Below are positions 1 to 12,200 of a DNA stretch of 64,000 nt, in pieces. The stretch's first letter is position 1, and each line of letters starts with the position of its first letter. Below the pieces are notes generated by a model. It was not told where the DNA came from and ran no database searches. It was given only the letters and a program-made list of their open reading frames with translations. The DNA lies in NCBI GenBank assembly GCA_049724395.1, contig JAUGWO010000139.1:1-64000 (forward strand). Reading direction: 5' to 3'. The DNA comes from Spongospora subterranea f. sp. subterranea. Taxonomy: Eukaryota. The translations under genes and the position numbers were made by a program.

Positions 1-2321
1 GTCGCTGTCGTAGCCTTTAACAACTAGTCTAGCCTTGAATTTGTTTACGAGTCCCTTCTCGTCTGATTTGACCTTGAATACCCATTTGTTTTGAATAGCG
101 TTGCGTCCGCTAGGAAGTCTGACAAGTTCCCAGGTTTTTGTTGCGTTGTAAGCTGTCAAATTCCGCTTTTGTGGCTGCTGCCCATTCCTTGCAAAACTCG
201 TTCTCTGAATCCAATGCTTCGCTGATCGACTTCGGGATCGTGACCTGAGTGGCTCGCAGAGTGTGATTGTTTCGCTGTTGCACCAGCATGGCTGCAGGTG
301 CCTTCCACCATTCCCCCGGAGCACGACGTGTTCTTGCTCCTCGAGCATTCTGGATATCAGGTTGAGCTACAGCTGGCTCATCGGATTCGCTTGCATTTGA
401 TTGGTGACAAGATGAACTCGAACTTTCGCTGGGTGTACTCAGGGATGAGGATTCGAGGTGTGATGAAAGGATGCGGTCACTGTCCTCTGGGGCGGAATCG
501 TCTGTTGATGGAATGAGGTCCATGATTGTGCGATTCAGTCTTTCGATCATCCCATTTTGCTCTGATTGATACGGAACAATTTTTCTATGCACAATGCCCA
601 GTTCTTGAAACAGCGCCTGACAGTCGTTGGAAGTATATTCGCCGCCATTGTCGCTTTGAAAGTATTTTACTGAGAAGCCCTTGTCCAAGAAAAGAGTATT
701 GACCATTCTGATGAACGTTTTGATTGCTAGAAAAGCCTCGGATTTCCTTCGAAGTAGATAAACGACGGCATACCTTGTGTGCTCATCTAGGAATGTGATG
801 TAGTATCTTGATCTAGAATGGATGCCATCAACTGGAAAAGGTCCGGAAATATCGCTGTGAACGATTTCGAGGGGTGAGCTGGTGGAGTTATTGGAAAAAC
901 GCGCTATCTTGCCTCTTGGCATCTTCCCCATCAAACAGCCATTGCAGAGCTCCGAACGTTGATTGGGTATGATGTTTTCACCGCCATTGATGCCTTGTAG
1001 GATTACGTCGAGATCGGCCTTGTTGATGTGGCCGAGGCGGTTGTGCCAAAGTTGATGCAGATTAACGCTTGTCGCAATAGATGAGGCAACGAACGGTAGA
1101 TGAGGTATGTTACGATGATCAGGGAACGGGTACAAGTTGTTGGCATCCTTCTTAACTTTGCCGACAAGTTTACCGTCGATGTTGAATATTTTGCAGTAGT
1201 CTCCCTTGAACAAAAACGATAGTCCGTCCGAAGTTGCTTGTCCAATGGAGAGAAGATTATTGGAAAGACCGGGTATGTGTAATACCGGTGAAATATCGAT
1301 GATGGTATTTCCAGTGCCTATTTTGCTGCTGCCGGTTGCAGTTGAGCAAAGACTCTCATTATTTGCCATAGTAACTGTCACGGGATCGGAATCGGGCAGA
1401 ACTTCCTGCAAGGTAGAGGATTCGGGACACATGTGCATTGAGCAGCAACAGTCAAGAAGCCATTCGTCACTGTGTTCATGAGCTGATTGTTGGGAGAGTG
1501 GAGCTACTTTTGGTCGTTGGAGGGGATAGACTGAGGCAGACTGTTTAGTGAATAAATGTTTCGGACGTAGCTCGGGATGTTGTGCCCAGCAGTGGGCATT
1601 GTCATGCGAGTTGGAGTTGTGATAGCTGCAGCGAGAATGCCGTTTGACTGAGGTAGCGCATGCTCGAGGCAGGATGGAAACTGCCGACACTTCACGAGAC
1701 CTGTGCTCGAGTTGGGCTTCAAAATTGATGAGCGACGCGGCAGTAGCGGCAAACTTGACTTCGCTGAGTGTATCCAACGTGACGGTGAATGCGTCAAAAC
1801 AAGATGGGAGGCCTGATAGTAGGCGATCAGTCATGTCTTCATCTGTCATATCCTTTCCGATAGCGCGGAGCTTTGACTGTAAAACTTGAAGGGTGGCAAT
1901 GTAAGTGGCCATCGGGGCGTCATTCTTTGTGCAGTTCCAAAACTCGGCGATGAGTCTCGGCGATGAGTCTGGTTCTGGTGGATCGTGATTTCTTGCGGTA
2001 AAGGCTTTCAAGAAGCGCCCACGCCTTGTGTGCCGTTGTTTCCTTCATTATTGCGCCGACAATCACGTCATCAATGCAGCTGCATAAAATGGACTTAGCT
2101 TTCTTGTCTTTGCGTAGTTGGTCCGGAGTCGCGTTAGCATCAGGGTCTTTCTCAACGCATAATTCCAGATCCTTTGTCGATAGATACATCACTACCTTTT
2201 GTTGCCATAGTAACAGGTCATCGGTGTCTTTGCCGGAGAACTTTTGAATCGTCTGAAAAATTTCTTTCATCGCAACTGAAGTTGAAGTAGAGGTGCGGAG
2301 AAGAGAAAGTGTGGGAATAAC

Positions 2322-2485
2322 GAGAAATATACACTAAAGTGTACGTATGAACTGGTAGAAAATATACACTGAGGTGTATGTATGCAGTGGTGAAAAAGAT
2401 ACACTAAGGTGTATGTACAAGCTGGTAGAAATATACACTGAGGTGTATGTGTGCAGTGGTGAGAAGATACACTGAAGTGTATACG
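2322..2485. repeat. Tandem array of five ~34-35 bp units in the copia-A 5' UTR
   Basis: Units approximate GAAATATACACTGAGGTGTATGTATGCAGTGGT, each with a TACAC-N4-GTGTA dyad. Confidence 0.9.
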
Positions 2486-2513
2486 TAGGGGCCTGATGAG
2501 GTGGCACTTCGAC

Positions 2514-2750
2514 TGTTAATCTAAAGGAAATCGATGTCTCCGATGTGAAGGTAATAGTAGAATGAGGTTTATTACTGCGTGGTTATAGCATGTATAGGTG
2601 GGAGAATATAGGGGGGAGTGCACTAATAATCCAAATACAAAGTCCGCACAGTCACTCTTATGTTATGCATTTGCCGTGGTTGCGCCGACTGGGGGTACGC
2701 ACCTTTCTTAGAGAATGTCCGTACTGGAGGCTGGCAAGTTGTATTCAACA
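2514..2750 (-). repeat. 5' LTR of copia-A (237 bp)
   Basis: Bounded by TGTTAA...TCAACA inverted termini, lies upstream of copia-A gag, and abruptly replaces the gag coding sequence of copia-B. The partner LTR is outside the window. Confidence 0.75.
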
Positions 2751-5700
2751 CATACGAGTCAATCAAAAGGAACAGTCATACAAATGCTCCTACCATCGTT
2801 CTAACTCTCATTCCGATAGCGAGTGCTGGGCTCAACATCCTGAAAAACGTCTAACATATCGTCAATACAAAAAAGATGGAAAGGCCAATTCATGTTACCC
2901 ACCGATTACTACCCAAATTGCTTGTTCCGCAATTCGTAACTACACGCTGACAAACTCCTCGTGGGTGATCGACTCAGGCTGCTCTATGCATTTATGTAAT
3001 GATGATAAGATGCTCCTACATACGACAAAGACCGATTGGAGACAGGCACGCGTAACAATGGCGAATAACAGTCCCCTCACAGTCAAATCTACAGGAGTCT
3101 GCCCACTTTCAATTGGAGCCAATATCTATAATTTGAAGGTCTCATATGTTCCTGAACTTGCATATAACCTCCTGTCGGTCAGCGAACTTGCCAGCAATGG
3201 TATCACCATCTGTTTCCAGAACAATATGTGCCACATCTATGACCGCGGGAAACTGATCACCTCTGTTCGGAAGGACGCGCACAACTTGTTCATTTTAACA
3301 ACTGCTAAGCACTCGCCTAAATTCATCACATCGCTTTTGACCATTGCAGGTGAAAATCAACAGGCGTCTCAACTTTGGCATCAACGCCTAGGTCACCTGA
3401 ATACTAGAGACTTGAACAGATTGGCATCCAATGTCGAGTACGGATTGAAGCTATCAAGAGTAAAGCACTTTATCTGTGATGGATGCGATCTTGGCAAAAT
3501 GGCGAGAGGTACTACTTCAAAGTATCGCAACCATAATACCCGCAGACCATTAGAGATCATACACAGCGATATTTCAGGACCATTCCCTTCGGCAAGTATC
3601 CCCCATGCATATAAATACTTCATCAGTTTCCTAGACCAGCACACTCGCTACACAATCATCTACCCGATGCGGTCGAAAGCGGAAGTATACGCCAAAGTTC
3701 AACACTTTATCAACTTCGCCAACAATTGGTTCCATAACGAAGGATATACAGTTCAGCAATTCCAGACTGACAATGGAAGCGAGTACTTATCTTCGCAATG
3801 CCAAGAGTTCTTCTCTCAGCACGGAATTTTTCACAGAACTAGTATTCCTTACCAACCAGAGCAAAATGGTATGATCGAGCGCCTAAATAGAACACTAATG
3901 AATTGTGCAGAATCAATGCGACTCCAAGCTGGCCTCAATGAAGAATTCTGGTCCTTTGCCGTCAATACAGCCGTTCATTTGACAAATCGAAGACCACACT
4001 CAGCGCTATTCGAGCACATGACACCATACGAAGCATGGTTCGGCGAGAAACCAAAACTTGACTACCTCCGCACATTCGGTTGCATTGCTCATGTTCATGA
4101 ACCAAATCAACTCCATCGCAAGCTTCAACCAAGATTGACCAAATGCATATTTATTGGATACTTAACCAAGCAAAAAGGATATCATTTCTTCGATCCAGAG
4201 AAAAATCGCACGCTCACCGCTCGATATTCAGATGTTCACTTTAACGAAGGAAAGTTTCCTGAAAACGAACCATCAGTTGGTATCGATGATGAAACTATAT
4301 TTTTTGACGAAGACATCATCGAGGCATCAACTGCATGTTCACCAGACTCGTCTTCTCCATGTGCAGACCTTCCAATCCAATCCGGTTCAGAGCATGATCA
4401 GTTATCACAGGATATTATTCCCATGTCAGAAGCGTATATAGAATCGGAGCCCTCCACAACATCAGAGCAGCATGATCCGCTACCTAGTCAAATTCGCAAG
4501 TCAGCTCGAAGTCGTCGTATTCCTGGTGATTGGTGGCGTGTTGCAATGACCACGTCCGGCACAGGAATCCCTGAGAAAGCTAATGAGATTGCTATCCCTT
4601 TTACTCTCCCTCAGGCAATGGAGCCAAACAATCCTTTTTGGCATCAGTGGAAGAAGGCGATCGATTACGAATACGAAGGCCTAGTGAAGAATAACACTTG
4701 GGAACTCTGTCAGCTACCAGAAGGTCGTCGCGCTATCGATAATAAATGGGTGTTCAAGGTAAAATCAAAGGAGGATGGCACAGTTGATAAATTCAAGGCT
4801 CGACTTGTAGTTAAAGGTTTTTCACAGCGCCCAGGAGTTGATTACAATGAAACCTTCTCACCTGTTGCTCATCTCTCTTCAGTTCGCCTTATCTTCGCAC
4901 TCGCTGCCTCCATAAATCTGAAATTGCGTCAACTTGACGTGGTGGGCGCATTCCTCCAAGCGGACCTACATGAAGAGATATATATGAAACAGCCTACCGG
5001 TTTCTCAACTGGTGACCCTTCTCAAGTATGTCAAACAAGCTGGTCTCGAGTGGAATAACACAATCAATCAGTTTATCTGTGAAGATCTGTCCTTCGTTCG
5101 CCTCAAATCGGACCCATGCGTATATATCCGCCGGTGTGGATCATCCATCATCGCCATGGCCCTATCCACCGATGATCTTCTCATCGCCTATAGTAATGAG
5201 ATCGACCTGGATAGCATGATTCAAAAATTGTCAGATCGTTTTCCAATTACAGATCTGGGACAGCCTCGTCATCTTCTCGGCATGAGAATCCAGCAAGACG
5301 ATTTTGGAATTCACTTAGATCAGGAAGCATACATTCAAAAAATCCTTCAGCGCTTCAAGATGACCGATTGTAAGTCGGCGACAACACCAATGCAGACTGG
5401 GTTCTCTCTCTTACAAGAAGACGAAACTGTGGATCATGTACCTTATCGAGAATTAGTGGGAGCACTGAATTGGATCTCTACGTGTACTCGACCAGATATT
5501 TCAACAACCGTTTCAATGCTTAGTCAATTCTGTCAAAGACCATCGCAATCTCACTGGATCTCGGCAAAACGAGTGTTACGCTACTTAAAGGGGACAGCGG
5601 ATCATGGACTCTTCTACCAACTGGGACTACACCTACCGATGGGAGGATTCGTTGATAGTGATTGGGCAGGGGACGCTACAACTAGACGTTCGACCTCTGG

Positions 5701-6494
5701 CTATATTTTTAGATTCGCCGACTCCCTTATTTCGTGGAGAAGTGCCAAGCAACCCATCGTTACTTGCTCAACAACAGAAGCCGAGTACGTAGCACTATCC
5801 GAAGCAACACGTGAAGCCATGTGGTTACGAAGTATGATGAAAGAGCTCGGATTCGAATGCACTGCGTCAACAATGATCCACGAAGATAATCAAGGCTGTA
5901 TTGCTATCTCCAAAAATCATCGTACTGACAAACGAACGAAACACATCGACGTCCGGTACCATTACGTTCGTGATCAAATTCAGGTCGGAAATATCGTAGT
6001 TAAGTATTGTCCAACCGAACACATGATTGCGGATGTTATGACCAAGTCATTACCTGCTCCCAAGTTCGTGTTCTGTCGCGAAGGTATGGGAGTCCTCCCT
6101 ACACTTGACGGGATGAGGGGGGCTGTTACGACACGACACATCCCGCCTATTGTGGACTTACCGCAGCCTCCAGTAACATTATCGGCGCGGCCTCTGGTAA
6201 CATCATCGGTGCGGCCTCCAGCGGTGCGGCCTCCAGTAACATCATCGGCGTGGCCTCCGGTAACATCATCGGTGCCGCCTCCAGCGGCGAGGCTGCGACC
6301 TCCTATACATTAGAGATCTTCTAGAGGACCTATGCTCATCCCAACTGTGGAAACATAACTAATTAGTTATGTTTCGCAGCGGGGATGAGCACAGGGAAAT
6401 GTTACTAATTCAACATGGATCTAATGTTACAATCATATTTCCTGAGCTTCATTCACCCTAATAAATTCATTCTGATATTCATCGGTTTACATCA
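2751..6494 (+). mobile_element. Ty1/copia LTR retrotransposon (copia-B), end of gag to 3' LTR; frameshifted in RT
   Basis: ORF 2590-5058 (WVIDSGCSMH, WHQRLGH, integrase core, RT start) and ORF 5012-6313 (STDD in place of YVDD, RNase H DSDWAGD, KHIDVRYH). Polypurine tract GGGATGAGGGGGG at 6110-6122 is followed by TGTTAC. Confidence 0.95.
6124..6494 (+). repeat. 3' LTR of copia-B with internal 24-bp tandem repeats
   Basis: Starts TGTT right after the PPT. CCTCCAGTAACATCATCGGCGCGG-type repeats at about 6167-6290, AATAAA at about 6460, and ...ACATCA at 6494 where transposase coding resumes. An alternative end is the CAACA at 6415. Confidence 0.65.
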
Positions 6495-8030
6495 GGGTCA
6501 AACGTCTGAAAAAAGACGTTGTCATTAACTGTCAAGGTTGGCTTCGATCTCAAAGGCACGATTTGATCTCAGCGCTATCATTCTCAAAATGGGTTCAGGA
6601 GTCACTTCATTTACAACTGGGGTTGCCGCGCCCAATCATTATCTCTGAACGAATTGCTTCGAGATGGATGCATGTTCTTGGACTAAAATATGGGGGTTAC
6701 CAGAAGGGGTTGTATCAAGATGGCCACGAAAGGGCAGACGTTGTGTCATATCGAGAAGATTTTCTACGACGCATGAGGCAATACGATGAACGAATGATCA
6801 AGTTCGATGGGGACGATATGGAAGGTGAAATATTACCTGACATTCCAGACGGAGTTAAGCAACTGGTTCTTGTGACTCACGATGAATCTTGTTTCAGTTC
6901 TCATGATGGAACAAAACACATCTGGATGGATGAAAATCATTTACCCATACGTCCCAAAGGGGAAGGGAAGAGTTTGATGGTATCGGAATTCTTATGTCAA
7001 TGCCATGGTGCAATGAGATTATCACCGCACCGCAATACCGTGCAATCGTAACCATTGCATCCTCTAATATGAGTCAGCAACCGTAACCATAATCGAGCCT
7101 GGGAAGAACGCCGACAGGTGTGATTGGACCAATGCTGATTTGGAACCAGATTCAAAAGAAAGTCATTCCAAGTGCGAGCGATTTTCAAGATTCTGCACCC
7201 CGAATCGCACGCGTTATTCCTGTTCGATAATTCTCAAAACCATCGGTCTCTACCTCCGAATGCCTTGAATGCGCGCGTGCTCAATCTTAGTGATGGTGGA
7301 GTCAAGACAAGACCCCAGCGAGATGGTTGGTTTGTTGATGGCTCTGGTGCCAAAATAATTCTAAAGATGCAGACCGAAGCAGGTATCCAAAAAGGGGTCC
7401 GCTCAATTTTGAAAGAACATAGCTTATGGGATAACACTATGTCTCTAAAAGGATCTCGTGAAATTCTGCAGTCTCAACCTGATTTTCAACAACAGAAGCA
7501 ATGGTTGAATGAGGTCGTTGAGTGTCACGATGGATTTATTGTTGATTTCTATCCTAAGTTCCATTGTGAATTCAACTTCATAGAAATGTATTGGGCCGCG
7601 TGTAAGAGCTACACACGAAGAAACTGTACTTATTCCTTCAAGGACTTGAAATGCGTTGTTCCCCTGGCACTTCAGGCAGTGACCCCAGATTCGTCGGTTT
7701 GCCCGCAAATGCTTCAGATACATGGACGTCTATCGCGTTAATGGTTCCGATGGCAACAGACTGACCATGCGCCAAGTAGAGTATGCTGTCAAAGTTTATA
7801 AGCGTCATAGAAGCTTGCCAGTTCGCATAATAAACGATCTTTGATTTGGGGAAAACAGGTGCAGTTGCACTTATATTTTGCGCCGTTGCGCATATTTTAT
7901 CTGCGTACGCACTTTCTGATTTCCAATTTGAAATGACTGTGGTGTTAAGATGTCCGGTACTGTATGCGACAATTAATTCGGGACAAACAAAAAGTGCGTA
8001 AGCGACAGTTATTATGGGACAGAGGGAGTA
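6495..8030 (+). mobile_element. Tc1/mariner-superfamily DDE transposon, 3' part; frameshifted transposase
   Basis: Motifs THDES..PKGEGKSLMVSEFL, FLFDNS..H and YPKFHCEFNFIEMYW. Ends ...GGGACAGAGGGAG-TA (reverse of TA-CTCCCTCTGTCCC), with a subterminal repeat GCGACA-N8-GGGACA present twice. Confidence 0.85.
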
Positions 8031-8187
8031 AATCGCTACTTCTTCCTAACATCCTGGTCAACAGCTCTGGTCTATTACACGAACACCACCTGAAGATTAA
8101 GAGTCCCAGCTCTACCAAGTTGCGCGACAGAGCTCATCGACACAGAACGGTGGCCAGAGTAAAGCCAACGCAAGAGACACCACCACC

Positions 8188-8525
8188 ATGACCGCCACAG
8201 CAGAGACGAGGTCAAAAATATCGCCGACGGCAACAGCCCGCCAGAGCGACGATGGGAGTCGACAAGATCGATAACAATTCACCCGTTGAGGAAGGACGTG
8301 GACAGCACCAAATATAAAGGCGGCCTAAATCTGATCCCAGAGTTTGACGGCACAAACTGGGACACTTTCAAACGGAAGGTTGAGACCCAACTCATCCGAA
8401 TGGACATAGACTCGTATTTGCACCACGAGCCTAACGCTGAATCTTCAACAGAGCGACGCAACGATCGCGCAGCGTTAGCCGAAATCAGCATGCGCCTGGC
8501 ACAGGTGCAGTATAAGCAGGTCTAG
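8188..8525 (+). pseudogene. Copia-type gag N-terminal fragment
   Basis: IPEFDGTNWDTFKRKVETQL..RRNDRAALAEI resembles the start of a copia gag; truncated. Confidence 0.55.
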
Positions 8526-8552
8526 CTATTGTGCAACAACAGCACAACTATG

Positions 8553-9650
8553 GCTGAGCCAAGACGCAAGTCCTCCTTCTGTGCAACGCTTCGCAAGAAT
8601 TTTTTCGGAATCAATGGCTGCAAGGAAGATTTTCGAGCGAGAGGGGAAGGTCCGCTACCAACAATCCTAATAAAGGATTTAATGCTCGGATCAAGGAGGT
8701 AAAAAAGTCATCAAGCTGACAGTATGAGCTTCTATAAAGGATTGCAGGCTTTGAGCAGACGTCGAATGCACATCCCCATCCTACTGGAAGAGATCGGGCT
8801 GTTGATTTAAGCTGAGAGTGACAATAAAGGAACCTTTCATCGGGCTCTTGTGGCATCAGAGAGTTTGATAAGACGTTTCAACAAACTTAGGTCTAATCAT
8901 CTCCTATATTCTCGCGTGATAAAAATGAGCAATAAATGCTGGTGTCTCAGTTAGAACAACCGGTTTTTAGATGAGCGAGATGGGCCTGACGAAGCTGAGT
9001 TCACTGGTGTCTTCAAACTGACGGACAGCAGAAACGTTCTCAGAATGGAACGCCTAGGGATGCCCAACGATGGTTGGGCAGCAGCCTTTGATTTATACGA
9101 ATGCCAATGCCAATATTTCTCGAGCCAGATGAAACGTTCGATTATTGTCACTCTCGGCTTGAATCAACAGCCCGATCTCTTCCAGTAGGGCGGGATGTGC
9201 ATTCGACGTCTGCCCAAAGCCTTTTTATAAAAGTCAGCCTGATGACGTTTTACCTCGTTAATCCGAGCATTAAATTCTTCATTAGGATTGTTGGTAACGA
9301 CCTTCCCCTCTCGGTGTAATAAATAGCCCATCGCAAAAAATTTTCTTGCAGCCATTAATTCCGAAAATATTCGGCGAAGCGTTGCACAGCAGGAGGACTT
9401 GCATCTTGGCTCCATCTCGCAATTATCACACCAGATTTTTCAGCAAATTCTAATGCGCTTCGAGAGAGATGCAATGAGTATATGTCATGAGAAATGAATA
9501 CCGTCGCGAAGGTCTCAACACCGCACAAATTCTATCTCCAGCGAGAATGTTGACAACTTTTGAAAAAGACACATTTTCGAGTACGTGAAAGAAACACATC
9601 AGGTATGAGCACTGATTGAAAATCCTCATTGTTGCATTGAATTGGGCCAT
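8553..9650. mobile_element. Mutator-like (MULE) transposase remnants in two inverted copies
   Basis: Minus strand AQFNA..YLMCFFHVLENV and TNNPNEEFNARI. The plus-strand stretch at 8553-8830 is a diverged inverted copy of 9140-9415. Confidence 0.7.
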
Positions 9651-9659
9651 ATCAGCGTC

Positions 9660-12200
9660 CCCCCATGATACCGGTTAAGGGTGGTTCATACATTCTATTA
9701 AGGTCTAATGGCGACGCGCTGCCGGCTCCGAGCCAGCTGAAAATGGTCCAGCTTAATTCAGCACTCACGTATTTGGTCGACAAAATCATGTCGCACAAGG
9801 GACCGCGGTATCTCGTCTGATGTCGGTGGATCCACGGCATTCGGACTTTTTTGATTGAAAAATCAACAATGCCGTATGATTTATAAGCTCCATTGTCCTC
9901 GTGTTTGGCCAGGAGAGCGATGTTAAGTTTTTGTGTCCACAGTTCTTCAAAGGCATCTTCAAACCACGACATTATGTCCTTCAGTCAATTTTATATTTTC
10001 CTCCGGCCCCGGATCACCTCGTATTTCCCATGAAACATGTCCGAAAGCCTGTTCAACCGGCTTGTTTGCAATCAAATCACAAATTTGAAGTAAATTTCCG
10101 GCGGAATGACTCCTAAAGTAATATCGAGTTCATCAGCCTTGCTTGTAACTTGCTCGCAAAAAAGTGGCCTGTTGCTGCATCCCAGATCAACCCTAGTTTT
10201 GCGTTCTGGATAGCAAAAGCGCAGCCATTGAAGATAACGGCAACATCCCTGCTTATCCGTCCAATGTTTGGGATGAAAAGTGACCCTGCTGGTTCCATCC
10301 CAATGAGAATATCGCCTAGACAGTGTACCATCACGAGTTCCGGTCATTGCGATTTACGGCACCATCATTCGTGGCTCAAACATTTCGCATCCGACCATTA
10401 CAGTACATGCTTGCTTATCGACCTCTTCTCGATTCGATCCAACTCGAGCCACGTTAGTCGGTGCGATCAGATGCGATTCCGTTTGGATAAAATTGCAAAA
10501 ACATCTCATCCGCATTCATCAATCGCTTTACTTTAGGTCAAGACAATGATTGACGAATCCGGGCGGTAGACTCGATACAAACGTGAAACCAGTTAACCAA
10601 CCCCGTTTGAGAAATAGGTTCTTTTCGGATCGAGAATCGATGTCGCAACAGCATTCTGGTGAGCCAATGCGAAAACGCTGGGGTGCTACTACCAAACCTG
10701 ATCCAACTATACCATCAGCCGCTCCCCAACTTCAAGAACTTAAACAAAAAAAACCATCTTCAGCTCAAATTCTGTCTGCCGAAGTGGGATATCAGAAGAT
10801 CATACGCTGTTGATCTGCTTAGTGGATTGCCGGGCTTCCATCGCTTCACGACATGCTCGATGATAAATGTTTCCTGTTCTTGATATTTCACCTTCCAACA
10901 GTTTTCGTATTCTTTCGAAGATGGATAATGTTTTCAGAAATAACTGCCACCTTCCTATGCATATGACGGCTCCCAGACGGGACTGTTGAAAATAGGAGTA
11001 CACTTTATCTGAATTCTTAACATGGTATTAGAGTCAACACATATTGCTGCATGGATCAACAGAGTTGTAGATTGTTCGATAAAACCCAGCCGTTTGCTGA
11101 ACGCACGCATCGATTGCTGAACAGTTTTTAACAGTTCTTTCATCAGCCAGAGATGCAGCTGACGTCGGAGTGCTTCAATTACGATTTCATGAAATATGCT
11201 GGTTTGTGAAGGCATAGAATTCGTAGGCATCTTAGGCTGCAGGGCTTGCAAATGGAGCTGAGGGAACATCTCACGGCGTACTAACCGAGCAACGCCTTCA
11301 GCATTGGCCTGACCTTTACGCCGTTTCTCTTGAGCATGTACCCATTTCTGATTATTGGGATGCAACAAGAGGAAACGCGTCATTGAAGAATCAAGTCTAC
11401 CGCTCTGATTCGTCAATCAATGTCTTCAGCTAAAGTAATGCGATTGATCAATGCGGATGGCAGTTGAACAATGATAATTGTGATTTTTTTGTTAACCAAA
11501 AATCCGCCTACCGTACTTCACAAAAATAAATGTTTAACAAAAAATAATCACAATATCTTCAAAACTAAGCACAATTCTCAACGTTTCTGTGATTTTCTTC
11601 ATCACAAAAGGACCACAATTAGCAAATTGAGACAAAATAAAAAATCCCTTCAGTGAGAAATTCGAAATTCCCCGGTTTGCCTTCCTTTTGGGTGATTGGT
11701 GATATTGTCAAAATGAAGCGATCGCTGATATCAAATCCAGTTAACCAGCGATGGATTGACGCTCAAGAAAAGCGTCGTCAAAGCCAAGCAAATGTTGAAA
11801 ATTTTCGGACGCATGGTTCGTCGTGAGATGTTTCCGGAGCTGCATTTACATTCCAACAAGCATCTGAAACAATCCTTCAAGAAACGGTATGTTTTCTGGA
11901 AAATGAAATCAGATCCTGGTCCTGGCGGTAAGTATAAGCGGGACAGGACAAAGTGTTGGTTGATTGGAGGAGGCTTTTTGCTTCTTTCGGGCAAGATCAC
12001 CGATCCGAGGATCAATCGGCGTTCGTGGATTATTTGGCCAGGCATGAGGAGAATGGGGTATATACAGCGTTGTTGGAAAGTCAACAATCTTTGAAACTTG
12101 AACGACAAGCATCGTTAACTCTATTTCGCAGCTGCAGAATAATAGACACTTGATTGTTTGAGATAACGCATTGCAAACAATACTTCCAAACCTCATTCAA
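9660..12200. mobile_element. pogo/Tigger-like DDE_1 transposase remnants: main copy on minus, further fragments on plus
   Basis: Minus strand RHRFSIRK..SQT, RLMNADEMFLQFY, TFHPKHWTDK..YLQWL, GLIWDAATGH and VIPP, with many stops. Related fragments lie on plus at about 11390-11460 and 11750-11850. Confidence 0.7.

Larger units (their letters stand above)
1..2750 (-). mobile_element. Ty1/copia LTR retrotransposon (copia-A), 5' LTR to start of RT, degenerate; runs off the window edge
   Basis: Gag N-terminus (ORF 1920-2270), zinc knuckle, protease WLLDCCCSMHM, GAG-pre-integrase WHNRLGH, integrase HSDISGP/QSDNGGEY/QNGMIERLNRT, and RT start (TWELV..KWVFKVK..FKARLVVKG after a frameshift near 140). 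The domain order PR-IN-RT is that of copia. Confidence 0.95.

Noticed and set aside
2322..2485. CRISPR-like appearance of this array and of the arrays at 23202-23345 and 34394-34627
   Set aside because: There are no unique spacers or cas genes, and the context is eukaryotic. These are tandem repeats.
2488..2515. Second hammerhead-like start GGCCTGATGAG
   Set aside because: No GAAA follows the putative stem II (it reads GAC) and there is no stem III or NUH. The position corresponds to the copia PBS.
2590..2750. N-terminal 54 aa of the 822-aa ORF
   Set aside because: This is chance read-through of the antisense copia-A LTR, not gag sequence.
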